A stretch of DNA of 64,000 nt from an uncultured Candidatus Saccharibacteria bacterium (GCA_964629815.1 CAZVTA010000002.1:130096-194095); one strand, 5' to 3'; numbered from the stretch's first letter, positions 1 through 8,600 are shown. Numbers and translations are program-made. The notes: generated by a model not told the origin, from the sequence alone.

Positions 1-8
1 CCTACAAG

Positions 9-599
9 TTGCATGACAAACAGCATCACTACTGGAGATCCTGGAAGGCTCGTATAGTTTCATTTGTAGCTATTCTGTTAATGCTCGGTGGCGGTTATTT
101 ATTGCTGCTTACCCAAGCCCCTGAATCGGCAATATCGGCTGCAATAAGCTCACCCATTGACTTAAACACTGCCGACGACAATACGGACACACGTGACCGC
201 ATCCAGATAGCCAAGATTAATCTAGAAGTACCCTTCTTTGCAGGAACTTCACCAGCCCTGCTCGAAAAGGGCGTTTGGCACCGCTATGCCGAACGAGGAG
301 ATCCAGAAAAGGGTGGCAACTTTATCCTCAGTGCTCATCGTTTTACCCTAGGAAACTCACCGGGCCAAACCAAGACTAAGTCACCGTTTTATAATATTAA
401 TAAGCTTGCGATTGGAGACCAGATACGTGTTTTCTTCCACGGTAGGTGGTACGACTACACTACTACAAAGATGTACGATGTCAAACCCAACGCTACCGAA
501 GTAGAAGCACCAAGCGATGAAGCAAAGTTAACCCTCTATTCTTGTACCCTCAAGGGCTCTGCCGATGGGAGGACGGTGGTGGAGGCACGACTAGAATAA
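9..599 (+). CDS. Sortase-family transpeptidase with N-terminal membrane anchor
   Basis: 196-aa ORF with a TTG start. The frame stays open to the window edge, so the true start is uncertain. N-terminal TM helix IVSFVAILLMLGGGYLLLL. Catalytic-His context GNFILSAHR and catalytic-Cys context LTLYSCT are typical of sortases. Confidence 0.8.
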   Translation: MHDKQHHYWRSWKARIVSFVAILLMLGGGYLLLLTQAPESAISAAISSPIDLNTADDNTDTRDRIQIAKINLEVPFFAGTSPALLEKGVWHRYAERGDPEKGGNFILSAHRFTLGNSPGQTKTKSPFYNINKLAIGDQIRVFFHGRWYDYTTTKMYDVKPNATEVEAPSDEAKLTLYSCTLKGSADGRTVVEARLE

Positions 600-654
600 G
601 GACAGCTTAGAAGCTATCTACATGTCGTTACGGTATACTCGCGCTGGTACTAGC

Positions 655-1197
655 CTAGAAGCGCAGGCGATGCATCAGCTTGTCGATCATATCTTGTTCA
701 CGGTTTTCAAACGGCAATAACTCTGCGAGCACATCTACGATTTTTTGTCCTTGTTCTGGTGCAAAATAAATCGTAAGGCTTGGCATAAAACGCTTTAGTG
801 GCATAAACCAAATGGCATCAATTCCACCTTCGCGAACAACCGCGAAGGATCGAAAGTTACTAAACGCATAAAACTTGTTGCCAACCATTATGCCCGTCGC
901 AGATATCTCGTACTGTAGCTCTCTGGGCTGCTTTGCAGCAATAACCGCAAACAGCACTGCTGCTATGGCCACGAACACAATTGTTAGAATATCTTGCGCT
1001 ACAAGATAGACCAAACCCAGTACCGCTATGGTAGCTATTACCAGCAGTCCATACCATCCTGCAGTTTTTTCGTGAGCGATAAATTCTGAAGCAGACCAAG
1101 AAACCGCTACATCATCATTTTCGAGCTGTGTTTGCGGTTGACCTCCGTTGTAGGTCCAACCCGCTTGCGCGTTGTTGTCTTGCTGCCCATCTTGCAT
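655..1197 (-). CDS. Hypothetical membrane protein (central TM hairpin, C-terminal soluble domain)
   Basis: The track ORF is 655..1215 with a GTG start. The in-frame ATG at 1197 (MQDGQQ...) is the more likely start. Q/N-rich N-terminus and hydrophobic hairpin WYGLLVIATIAVLGLVYLVAQDILTIVFVAIAAVLFAVIAA. No family recognised. Confidence 0.5.
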   Translation of the reverse strand: MQDGQQDNNAQAGWTYNGGQPQTQLENDDVAVSWSASEFIAHEKTAGWYGLLVIATIAVLGLVYLVAQDILTIVFVAIAAVLFAVIAAKQPRELQYEISATGIMVGNKFYAFSNFRSFAVVREGGIDAIWFMPLKRFMPSLTIYFAPEQGQKIVDVLAELLPFENREQDMIDKLMHRLRF

Positions 1198-1257
1198 ACG
1201 CTTATTGTACCTCACTCGTATGCGTTCGATAAACTGCTTTAATTAACAGGGATAACT

Positions 1258-1266
1258 TGGTATAAT
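1258..1266 (+). promoter_or_regulatory. Candidate extended -10 promoter element (TGGTATAAT) upstream of the tRNA-Ser / small-ORF cluster
   Basis: TGGTATAAT sits about 95 nt upstream of tRNA-Ser(GCU). Only a weak -35 (TTTAAT) is found 17 nt upstream. Sequence match only. Confidence 0.25.
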
Positions 1267-1360
1267 TCTTATCTGTTACAGCAATGTAGCCGTTACGCTG
1301 CGAAAAACGTATGAATAACTATTTGATAGTTACAGCCAATCATACCGACGTAGCCCACAC

Positions 1361-1453
1361 GGAGGAGTACCCAAGTGGCTGAAGGGGACGGTTTGCTAAA
1401 TCGTTAGTGGGGCGCAAGTTCCAGCGAGGGTTCGAATCCCTCCTCCTCCGCCA
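1361..1453 (+). tRNA. tRNA-Ser (anticodon GCU), class II with long variable arm, encoded CCA
   Basis: Acceptor GGAGGAG pairs with CTCCTCC. Anticodon stem ACGGT/ATCGT carries loop TTGCTAA (GCT). T arm is GAGGG-TTCGAAT-CCCTC, with discriminator G and CCA at 1451-1453. Confidence 0.9.
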
Positions 1454-1475
1454 GAAGCTAACAGGAAGGCGTGTC

Positions 1476-1682
1476 ATGACTCATAAAACAGTTGCGGTGG
1501 TAGGTATCGGGTTTGCACCTTCTAAGAGTCCGGAATTGGTTCAACCAATGCCAGCACAACAGGAACTCACAGCACCCAACCCCGAGATACAAGCTCATAA
1601 CGCTAAACAGGTGGGCAAAATCTCCACGGGAAAGACTGTGGCCGTCGTCGGTATCGGGTTTGCACCTTCTAAGTCAAAATAA
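1476..1682 (+). CDS. Small protein (68 aa) carrying two copies of KTVAVVGIGFAPSKS; unknown function
   Basis: ATG at 1476 is preceded by AGGAAGG (1463-1469). The peptide is MTHKTVAVVGIGFAPSKSPELVQPMPAQQELTAPNPEIQAHNAKQVGKISTGKTVAVVGIGFAPSKSK. The two 15-codon repeats (1485-1529 and 1632-1676) differ at 7 codons, all synonymous. The track ORF start at 1407 overlaps the tRNA and is rejected. Confidence 0.55.
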   Translation: MTHKTVAVVGIGFAPSKSPELVQPMPAQQELTAPNPEIQAHNAKQVGKISTGKTVAVVGIGFAPSKSK

Positions 1683-1687
1683 CACCT

Positions 1688-1777
<90 letters not shown>

Positions 1778-1784
1778 CACTAAG

Positions 1785-1809
1785 AAAGCGTCCGTAGGGA
1801 CGTTTTTTT
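1785..1809. terminator. Rho-independent terminator after the tRNA cluster (possibly bidirectional, shared with comFC)
   Basis: Stem CGTCC (1789-1793) pairs with GGACG (1798-1802) around loop GTAG. An A-run lies 5' and a T7 run 3' (1803-1809). It overlaps the comFC stop codon. Confidence 0.55.
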
Positions 1810-2473
1810 ATGCCGCAGCAAATACAACCGCGCCAACGTTTTTTGCCCCATCCTGACGCAGGGCTCGAGCTGCAGATTCAAGCGTAGCACCCGTTGTGAC
1901 CACATCGTCCACGAGTAAGATTCGCTTACCGCGTACGTCTCCCCAAACCACAAAGGCGTTTTTCATCTGCTCCTTACGTGCCGCCCGCTTCGTGCCCACT
2001 TGCCGTGAATTACCGATGCGCAATAAACATGTTTGCACCGACACTTGTTGAGCGCGACCCAGTATTTCTGCAATCAAAATTGACTGATCATAACCACGCT
2101 GTCTGCGTCGTACAGACGCTGTTGGCACAGGAACTATAATGTCGTAATTACCAACATCGAAATTACATCGGCTTATCTCATGGGCAACGGTCTGCGCACC
2201 AGCCCGTGCACGCTCGAACTTAATTTTGTGTAGCAGCTTCTTTGCCACCTCACCATATTCAGTCCGTACATTAACTCTAGTGAGCACCGAGGAGCGGCGA
2301 CACGATACACAGGTTGCATGATTTTCCGTGACAGCCTTGCAGCGGTAACACCGAGAGGGAACAGGCGACAACATCTCATCGGCACACGTTTGGCAGAGTA
2401 GACTGCCTTCTTGAGCACATACAATACATTCGTGAGGAGCAATTATGCCAATGATTCGTTCTAGAATAGCCAT
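1808..2473 (-). CDS. comFC: ComF family protein (ComFC-type phosphoribosyltransferase-fold competence protein)
   Basis: N-terminal Cys clusters CIVCAQ...CQTC and CYRC...CVSC form a zinc finger. The C-terminal PRPP-binding loop is ILLVDDVVTTGATL. Length is 221 aa. Confidence 0.85.
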   Translation of the reverse strand: MAILERIIGIIAPHECIVCAQEGSLLCQTCADEMLSPVPSRCYRCKAVTENHATCVSCRRSSVLTRVNVRTEYGEVAKKLLHKIKFERARAGAQTVAHEISRCNFDVGNYDIIVPVPTASVRRRQRGYDQSILIAEILGRAQQVSVQTCLLRIGNSRQVGTKRAARKEQMKNAFVVWGDVRGKRILLVDDVVTTGATLESAARALRQDGAKNVGAVVFAAA

Positions 2474-2511
2474 GTTGTATTAGTTATGTTGTAAATATAC
2501 CCCTATACGGG

Positions 2512-2546
2512 TTGATAGGTGTTAGTAGCATAAGTTATACTGCTAA
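2512..2546 (+). promoter_or_regulatory. Candidate hsp20 promoter (TTGATA-N18-TATACT) overlapped by an imperfect inverted repeat
   Basis: TTGATA lies at 2512-2517 and TATACT at 2536-2541. The inverted repeat TTAGTAGCA (2522-2530)-N7-TACTGCTAA (2538-2546) is complementary at 7 of 9 positions. Its outer arms TTAG...CTAA recall CIRCE, but the spacer is 7 rather than 9. Confidence 0.3.
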
Positions 2547-2595
2547 TAACATAAAAATACTAGAAAATATTACATATTTGGAGGGTAACAACATA

Positions 2596-3081
2596 ATGGC
2601 GAGGCGAAATCGCGACGAAGATTTATTGATGGAAGACGAATTAACTGCGGCTTTCCTAGGCGATGATGACACACCCGTTACAAGCTCGAACGATGACACA
2701 GACGAGACTCCAGTTGCTTCTGCACAAGCAGAGGAGTGGGACGAAGAAGAAACCGTTCCTGGGCAATTGGCAGTAGATGTTTACGAGACAAAAGACAAGC
2801 TCGTGGTAAAGGCCCGCACAGCAGGCGTTAACAAGAGCGAACTAGACGTTAGCATTGCTGACAATACGCTTAGCATTCGTGGCACACTGTCGGCTGGCAA
2901 TGAAGATGGTGTTGTTAACTACTTTGTACAAGAGTGCTATTGGGGCGAATTCTCTCGAAGCATCGCTTTACCCGTTCCTGTAAAAGAAGACGAGATTGAA
3001 GCGGTCCTTAAAGATGGTGTGCTGACCATAAGCTTTACAAAACTCAAACAAGAATCAGTCAAAAAAATACAGGTTTTGTAG
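2596..3081 (+). CDS. Hsp20/alpha-crystallin family small heat-shock protein
   Basis: ATG at 2596 is preceded by GGAGGG. After an acidic N-terminus comes an alpha-crystallin-like core: LAVDVYETKDKLVVKARTAGVNKSELDVSIADNTLSIRG...FSRSIALPVPVKEDEIEAVLKDGVLTISF. The track start at 2512 is less likely. Confidence 0.85.
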   Translation: MARRNRDEDLLMEDELTAAFLGDDDTPVTSSNDDTDETPVASAQAEEWDEEETVPGQLAVDVYETKDKLVVKARTAGVNKSELDVSIADNTLSIRGTLSAGNEDGVVNYFVQECYWGEFSRSIALPVPVKEDEIEAVLKDGVLTISFTKLKQESVKKIQVL

Positions 3082-3100
3082 TAATACAGCAACCCGCAAA

Positions 3101-3125
3101 ACAGCCCCGGCTGGGGCTGTTTTTT
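3101..3125 (+). terminator. Rho-independent terminator of hsp20
   Basis: Stem ACAGCCCC pairs with GGGGCTGT around loop GGCT, followed by TTTTT. Confidence 0.65.
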
Positions 3126-3150
3126 GTTGACCAATTTAAGTTAGAACAAT

Positions 3151-3180
3151 AAAAATGAACCCCAAGCGGGGTTCATTTTT
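3151..3180. terminator. Bidirectional hairpin terminator downstream of the pilin array
   Basis: AAAAATGAACCCC-AAGC-GGGGTTCATTTTT is a perfect 13-bp stem flanked by A and T runs on both strands. It lies 18 nt beyond the stop of the 3198..3599 gene. Confidence 0.6.
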
Positions 3181-3197
3181 CTTAACAACGCTACTGT

Positions 3198-3599
3198 CTA
3201 GCTTGTGAATCGGTTCAGTACAAACTTCACGATAATCTGCGCGAGAGCTACAACAACTAGACCAATTACAGCGTAAAGGATTGTATTCTTTGCAGCCGTA
3301 ACGTTTCCGCTGTCACCACCAGAAGTAATGTAACGGATACCGCCGACAATAATCATGATCACTGCAATAATCCCGACGATAGCAGAGAACAAGTTCAGTG
3401 CGAGCTCGATAGTACCGTTAACTTTATCTGTTGAGCCAGCACCCGAATCACAGCCAGAGTCCTGAAGCTTAAGATCAGTTCCACAGTTTAGAGACTCATT
3501 GAGTGTTGCAGCGCTAACCGACACTGGTGCCAACACAGGAGCAACGAGTGCAAAAGCTGCGATTGTTGTTACCACGAATTGCTTAATTTTTTTAATCAT
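3198..3599 (-). CDS. TrbC/VirB2-like T4SS pilin paralog 1
   Basis: Signal peptide ends ...VSVSA. A variable region carries a Cys pair (NCGTDLKLQDSGC). The conserved two-helix module is AIVGIIAVIMIIVGGIRYITSGGDSGNVTAAKNTILYAVIGLVVVALAQIIVKFV. Confidence 0.7.
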   Translation of the reverse strand: MIKKIKQFVVTTIAAFALVAPVLAPVSVSAATLNESLNCGTDLKLQDSGCDSGAGSTDKVNGTIELALNLFSAIVGIIAVIMIIVGGIRYITSGGDSGNVTAAKNTILYAVIGLVVVALAQIIVKFVLNRFTS

Positions 3600-3667
3600 T
3601 CTTGTTTATACCTTTCTTTATGCTACCAACTTTATACCATAAACTCTTACAACTTTTCAACACCAGA

Positions 3668-4051
3668 CTACGAAGTAAATCTGCGAACTACAAACTTCAC
3701 GATAATCTGCGCGAGAGCTACAATAGCCAAACCGATTGCCGCATACAAAATAGTGTTTTTGGCATTGTTTGTTTGCGACGAATCGCCACCAGACATAATG
3801 TATCGCAAGCCGCCTACCATTATCATAATCACTGCAATAATCCCGACGATAGCAGAGAAGATGTTCAGCGCCTTTACAAGTGTACTATCGACGCTTGGCT
3901 GACCGGCAGCGGGCGTACAGCCACTTGCACCAGATACCAAACCGGCGCCCTCACAGACAGCTGTTTTTGTGTCGATTGCGTGTGCCGTAAGCGGCATAAG
4001 AGCAACGACCGAAAATAACAAGACTGCAATCAGTAGTATTTTTCTTCGCAT
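3668..4051 (-). CDS. TrbC/VirB2-like T4SS pilin paralog 2
   Basis: Signal peptide ends ...LTAHA and the Cys pair is VCEGAGLVSGASGC. The module is AIVGIIAVIMIMVGGLRYIMSGGDSSQTNNAKNTILYAAIGLAIVALAQIIVKFV. It shares identical DNA patches with paralog 1 (for example 3219-3253 versus 3689-3723). Confidence 0.7.
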   Translation of the reverse strand: MRRKILLIAVLLFSVVALMPLTAHAIDTKTAVCEGAGLVSGASGCTPAAGQPSVDSTLVKALNIFSAIVGIIAVIMIMVGGLRYIMSGGDSSQTNNAKNTILYAAIGLAIVALAQIIVKFVVRRFTS

Positions 4052-4062
4052 TACGTACTCCT

Positions 4063-4467
4063 TTAGTTGATCCAGTTAACAATTAATCCGATGAGCGGGC
4101 GTGCCACTAATATAATCACAAGTGCAATAGCAGTATATATAACGGTGTCTTTAGCCTTGCTAAAGCGAGCACTGTCTCCATTCGACGTTATCATCATAAC
4201 TCCGCCAATAATTATCATAATCACTGCAATGATCCCTGCAATACTTACTATAATGTTTACGATCTTCATAAACGTACTATCGGGGCCGTTCAAAAGATTC
4301 TGGTTTGTGCTTGTTGGCGAGCATATCGCCGGAAGCTCTCCACCATTTGCCTGTGCCTGAGAACAAAGATCGCTCGTCGTATCGACAGCAAAAGCAGGAG
4401 CCGTAACACCTAGCGTCAGGATAAACCCAGCAAAGAGTGCTCCAATGAGTAGCTTAATATTTTTCAT
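4063..4467 (-). CDS. TrbC/VirB2-like T4SS pilin paralog 3
   Basis: Signal peptide ends ...APAFA and the Cys pair is LCSQAQANGGELPAIC. The module is IAGIIAVIMIIIGGVMMITSNGDSARFSKAKDTVIYTAIALVIILVA. Its start overlaps the upstream stop (ATGA). Confidence 0.65.
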   Translation of the reverse strand: MKNIKLLIGALFAGFILTLGVTAPAFAVDTTSDLCSQAQANGGELPAICSPTSTNQNLLNGPDSTFMKIVNIIVSIAGIIAVIMIIIGGVMMITSNGDSARFSKAKDTVIYTAIALVIILVARPLIGLIVNWIN

Positions 4468-5120
4468 AGTCTATTAACCACAAACGTTACGATTGTAAAT
4501 GCCGATATTGCAATTGCAAGACCAACCGCTGCATATATAAGCGTGTCTCGCGCCTTAGATATTGCCTGCGGGTCTCCAGACGCAGTCATCAGGCGTATCG
4601 CGGAAATAATAATAACGATAAGTGCAATGCCGCCCAACAAACCAAACACAATACGAAGAATCGACTCCACAGGACTACCGCTTGTTGGGTCAACCTGAGG
4701 CAACGATGACACATCAACTTGTTGGTTTATATTTCGGTTTGTAGTGATGTTCGACGTAGCAAATTGGCTTGCTACAAAATTTACAAGGGTGGACGCAAGG
4801 ACCGCTATTGCAACACCAATGAGTGCATTAATAATGGTACTCCGCGCGTTTTTGATATTTTCTGACTCGCCTTGGCTCATTACAAAACGAAAGCCTCCAT
4901 AAATCACAAAGCCCACCGCCACAAGCCCAGCGATACGCAATAGAATATCTAAAATACCGAATCCTACCAGCCAAAACTGTTGCGGATTTTTACCAAAATC
5001 TAGCACCACACTACAATCTTTATCGAACTCAAGATACTTGGACCATGGCGGTATAATGCCCAAAAAATTATCTGGTTTGCAGTCAGCAGCGGCAAACAAC
5101 CGTAATACCGAGTCGACCAT
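4464..5120 (-). CDS. Tandem (fused) double VirB2-like pilin module protein, four predicted TM helices
   Basis: Two copies of the module sit in one 218-aa ORF: ...VIYGGFRFVMSQGESENIKNARSTIINALIGV... and ...IIISAIRLMTASGDPQAISKARDTLIYAAVGL.... The N-terminus (MVDSVLRLFAAADC) is not a classical signal peptide. The Cys pair is DC...DC. Confidence 0.6.
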   Translation of the reverse strand: MVDSVLRLFAAADCKPDNFLGIIPPWSKYLEFDKDCSVVLDFGKNPQQFWLVGFGILDILLRIAGLVAVGFVIYGGFRFVMSQGESENIKNARSTIINALIGVAIAVLASTLVNFVASQFATSNITTNRNINQQVDVSSLPQVDPTSGSPVESILRIVFGLLGGIALIVIIISAIRLMTASGDPQAISKARDTLIYAAVGLAIAISAFTIVTFVVNRL

Positions 5121-5603
5121 CTAGACTATACCTCCAGGCATGAGCCATTGCAGTGCAGCCAGCAGCAATATGTACGTAATAAGTGCAATCATAGCATTAC
5201 TAATTCGCTTTTTGGCGGCCGCAACCTTTTGGGGATCGCTGCCTGCGGCTGAGTACTGAATACCGGCTATGACAACCATAGTGATAATTATAAAGCCGAC
5301 CCCGGCCGAGAGAAACCGAATGAGTGGATTAACTATCTTTTCCATAAAACTACAGTTAGCAACATCACCTCCACTACAATCGCCAAACGAATCATCGTTA
5401 CTAACATCTGGCTGCTTTGTAACATCGACCGATGCACTTGCATTCGGACACGTCACGCCCGGAGCAAGAGGCCCTGCAGGACCACCCGGACATCCTGCTG
5501 GTATATCTGCTTTTACGTGAGCAGGGACTGCCAGCAGTAGAGAAAACAGCATAAAGCTAGCAACAGCACCAATTTTGATAATTTTTGTAAAAGTTTGTTT
5601 CAT
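5121..5603 (-). CDS. TrbC/VirB2-like T4SS pilin paralog 5 (Pro/Gly-rich head, four Cys)
   Basis: The likely start is the ATG at 5603, giving signal peptide MKQTFTKIIKIGAVASFMLFSLLLAVPAHVKA (the track start is 5654). The head reads DIPAGCPGGPAGPLAPGVTC...DCSGGDVANC. The module is VGFIIITMVVIAGIQYSAAGSDPQKVAAAKKRISNAMIALITYILLLAA. Confidence 0.6.
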   Translation of the reverse strand: MKQTFTKIIKIGAVASFMLFSLLLAVPAHVKADIPAGCPGGPAGPLAPGVTCPNASASVDVTKQPDVSNDDSFGDCSGGDVANCSFMEKIVNPLIRFLSAGVGFIIITMVVIAGIQYSAAGSDPQKVAAAKKRISNAMIALITYILLLAALQWLMPGGIV

Positions 5604-5662
5604 ATTTATACGCCGATACCCTACCAGTGTAATACAGATTGTTTTTTTTCGCATCTAGAACG

Positions 5663-5691
5663 TTGCTGTACCGAGATTACTAACATATAAT
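5663..5691 (+). promoter_or_regulatory. Candidate promoter TTGCTG-N17-TATAAT for the plus-strand T4SS operon; implies a leaderless or near-leaderless mRNA
   Basis: The -35-like TTGCTG is at 5663-5668 and TATAAT at 5686-5691. The ATG of the VirB6-like gene is at 5699, only 7 nt after the -10 hexamer. No SD is present. Confidence 0.35.
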
Positions 5692-5698
5692 AGAGAAG

Positions 5699-8600
5699 AT
5701 GACTACAAAGCATAAGCTATTTGGGCTTGCACGCTTATGGCAATTTCTTGCTGTTTCTTTATATGTATTATTTTTGACTTTCTCTGCTTTCCCCGTTAGT
5801 GTACACGCAGATACAAAGCCACTCGACCAGCGCGCCAAAGCGTTTCAGGCTGCACGCGCCTTGTTTGCATGCTCAACGCGCTCTGGCTTTATTGTCAATA
5901 CGTTTGGAGCGGACCGTTCTAAGAAAGAGCTCAACGATGGCGGTATTTTTAGAGGAGTCGGTCAAGGTGGCCCATCTGGAACCAGCGAACCAACCGGATA
6001 CCTTATAGACGGAGAAGACGGCCTTGCGCAATGTTCAAGCGCAGAAGACATAAAAGATATATTCAATGATTTAGGAATAACCGACATAGCGCAGTTCATG
6101 GTCGATGCCGGCGTGTTTAAAATTGCTGGCGATTTTTCGGGCTACGACATCGTCGACAAATCAGACGCTGACCGCGCCATAGCAATTGCAAAGAAGATCG
6201 GCAAAGACTTTGGCGTGGATGTATCCAAAGCAACCATGTCCGATGACGATATGAAATACTACGTCCTGTGGAAGGCTTTTAAAGCGAAGTGTGCCACAGG
6301 CAGTCCCAGTAGCTCAGGTATAACTGTGCAAGAGGTTGACCTAACAACCGGAGTCAAAAAAAGTCCTGCAGACAAATACGTTATGGAGCTCGAAGACGGT
6401 GACATTATAAACGTAGGGTATGGACCCCAGGCTGACGGAAAAATGCAGTGTACAACTATCGTAAACGCTCTCAATAGGTACGCAGACGCATTCGCTAAGT
6501 CCCAAGCCGCCCTATATGCAAAAGACCCGAATGCCGCTTCTGCCAGTACCGACACAAGCACTGCAGAACGCGAGCTAGATTTTCAGTGTACTGGGTCATG
6601 GAACCCATTGACGTGGTTTATGTGTCCGCTTGTTAACGCTTTCAAAGAAACCATCGATGCACTAGACGGAGAGATTATAAAAATGCTCACCATCAATACT
6701 GATAGATACTTTGACGATAGCTGTTCAGACGCAACGTGTAGCACTGCGCAGGGGTTTAAAAAAGTTTGGTCCAGTATGCGCACACTTTCTGTCGCCTTGC
6801 TAGTTATCGCCGGCTTAGTTATGGTTATCGGCACCGCAATCGGCGATGGCATATTCGACGCCTATACGGTAAAAAAGATCTTTCCACGCATATTAATTGC
6901 TATTTTAGGCATATCTGTATCTTGGCCGCTTCTTATATTTATCGTAGATATATTTAATACCCTTGGTGTTGGGGTTCGGAGTCTTATACAAGCACCGTTT
7001 CAAAATCTTTTTACCACCCCCATTACTATTGGCGGAGGCCAGTTGTCGCTTGGTGCTCTTGGCGCTGTAGGTATCGGTTTAAGCTTGGGTATACTAGGCC
7101 TTTTAAGCTTCGTGGCAACAGCTTTTCTCGCAGTAGCAATTGCATTCATCACCCTCATCTTCCGAGAAATGCTCGTTGTACTCTTGGTAATTACCGCTCC
7201 TATAGCTATCGCATTCTTTATTCTTCCAAACACCCAGAAAGCAGGCAAATTATGGTGGGAGACACTCGAAAAAGCACTTATTGCATTTCCAATAATCTCG
7301 GCATTTATAGCCATTGGGCGTGTCTTTGCTCTTATATTTAGCCAGCCAGAAAACGGCTCTTCTTCTAGCGGTACCGTGAAAGGCTTTATTGCGTTTATTG
7401 CGTACTTTGCCCCGTATTTCCTTATCCCTCAGGCGTTCAAGATGGCCGGTGGCGCACTCGGCAACCTGAGCGGTATGGTAAACGACCGTGGTCGTGGAGC
7501 ATTCGATCGTCTGCGCAACTTCCGCTCCGAGCGGCAAAAAGATCGCATCAAGGGCTTCCGAGGAGGCGGAATTTATGACAAGAGTACCAGGAGAGGTCAG
7601 TTCGGCAACAAGCTGGGTAGTTATATCTTTAATGCAGACGAAAAGTTACCTTATGTTATAGGGAAACGTGGCGGCAAATATAATCCATTTGGCAAAACAG
7701 CTGCGCGGCTTGGTAGTGAAATAGAAGAAACAGCCCTTGAACAAAGTCAAAAGTTCGCACAAAAAGCTCAAGCTGCAGGAATGAATGCAGAGGCGCTTGC
7801 TGCAGCTTCTGGCGTGTTTGGTGGACTATCGGGTATATACAAAGGGGAGGATGGCGATGTTAATAACGGCAAGAATATTAGTGATGTCTTGTACGAGCGG
7901 TTTGGCGAAAATGGTCCGAAGTCGATAGAAGATTTTCAAGATGCAGCCCGCATACTATCTCGATCAGATTCGGAGACAGAACGCATCGGCGGCAATGCAC
8001 TGATGGGATTTGCGGGTACGGCAGGGACTACGCACCGCGACCGGGAAATGGGTTACGTCGATGTCGGTGCAGCTATGATGATGGAACGCGCGCGTCAAGG
8101 TTTTGCAAGTACCGAAGAAATCGCCGAAATGGGCAACAGAATTGCCCACGAGCATGGCGCAAGCGCTGCGCAAGCTTTCGTGACGCGGGCTCAGCTCCTT
8201 GGCCAAGCACAACGCCCCGATATGAAGATGGGCTATGGTGTCTTATTTGATGAGAAAACTGGCGAATTCTATAGCGGTGTTACGGGCAATGCGCAAGTTG
8301 GCGGCGAAACGACATCAGATCCAGAAAGACAAAAGCGACTCAACGAACGCCAGGAACGTTCTACTGCGCGTGCTAAAGAGCTCATCAAAACACTCAAACA
8401 GGGCGACATTATGGGTGCTAAAGCACCTATGATTAAGAGCCTCGCTTCAGGTTTTGTGGAGATGGCCAATGAAACAACTGCAGACGGAAAACCGACTGAT
8501 CAAGCTATAGCGATACGACAAATCATTCGACAGAACTTATCTGCTTATGCAGGTAATGACGCTAAAGCAAAACAGCACTGGCGAGACATTGCGGGATCTG

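Noticed and set aside
9-599. Sortase with cognate LPXTG substrates in the window
   Set aside because: I scanned the C-termini of the secreted proteins in the window (the 690-aa repeat protein, the 177-aa protein and the T4SS orphans). None shows an LPXTG-like motif followed by a hydrophobic tail and basic residues, so no sortase-substrate pair can be claimed here.
3579-5520. Plus-strand ORFs 3579..3902, 3602..4018, 4067..4360 and 5269..5520 across the pilin array
   Set aside because: All are antisense to pilin genes that have signal peptides and a conserved module. Their runs of Ile/Thr/Pro simply mirror the hydrophobic codons on the other strand.
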